A stretch of DNA of 7,370 nt from Octopus sinensis. Taxonomy: Eukaryota. Below, piece after piece: positions 7,338-7,370 of the stretch. Position 1 is the first letter of the stretch, and each line of letters opens with the position of its first letter. The stretch is from the NCBI RefSeq assembly GCF_006345805.1, contig NW_021828819.1, forward strand, positions 1-7,370, read 5' to 3'. Below the pieces are notes generated by a model. That model saw nothing but the letters and a program-made list of their open reading frames with translations, ran no database searches and was not told the origin of the DNA. Both the position numbers and the translations under genes were made by a program.

Positions 7338-7370
7338 TAAACTTCATTATCCGCGCTAAGGCACGGTTGC

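Noticed and set aside
6579-7359. Near-identical ORFs on opposite strands (6579-6812 minus, 7099-7359 plus)
   Set aside because: They mirror each other only because they lie in the inverted arms. They start at TTG and show no transposase or other recognisable motif.
1-7370. CRISPR array, rRNA, operon or other prokaryotic system
   Set aside because: No repeat-spacer periodicity, no rRNA-like sequence and no dense coding; the window is typical animal repeat-rich DNA.

Overview
Eukaryotic, AT-rich, non-coding window with no intact protein-coding gene. The listed ORFs come from microsatellites, repeat arms or antisense frames of fossils. The tetranucleotide microsatellite load and tRNA-headed SINE-like repeats resemble a coleoid cephalopod (Octopus-like) genome; this is inference from recalled repeat families, not a search. 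Between the microsatellite blocks almost everything is mobile-element debris. There are three unrelated foldback/MITE-like elements: 709-1149 (decayed), 1225-1604 (TTAA-flanked, Kolobok-like ends) and 6573-7337 (two near-identical 302-bp arms). Each touches a (TA)n tract. Also present are a frameshifted pogo/Tigger-type DDE transposase fossil (~5590-6250, -), a decayed RTE-clade LINE 5' end (~2155-2716, -) lying directly behind two stacked tRNA-derived SINE heads, and two further SINE copies. Family assignments rest on by-eye comparison with remembered consensus motifs and need database confirmation. I see no evidence of a complete new biological system. The best leads are the long-arm foldback element and the SINE-head/RTE chimera.
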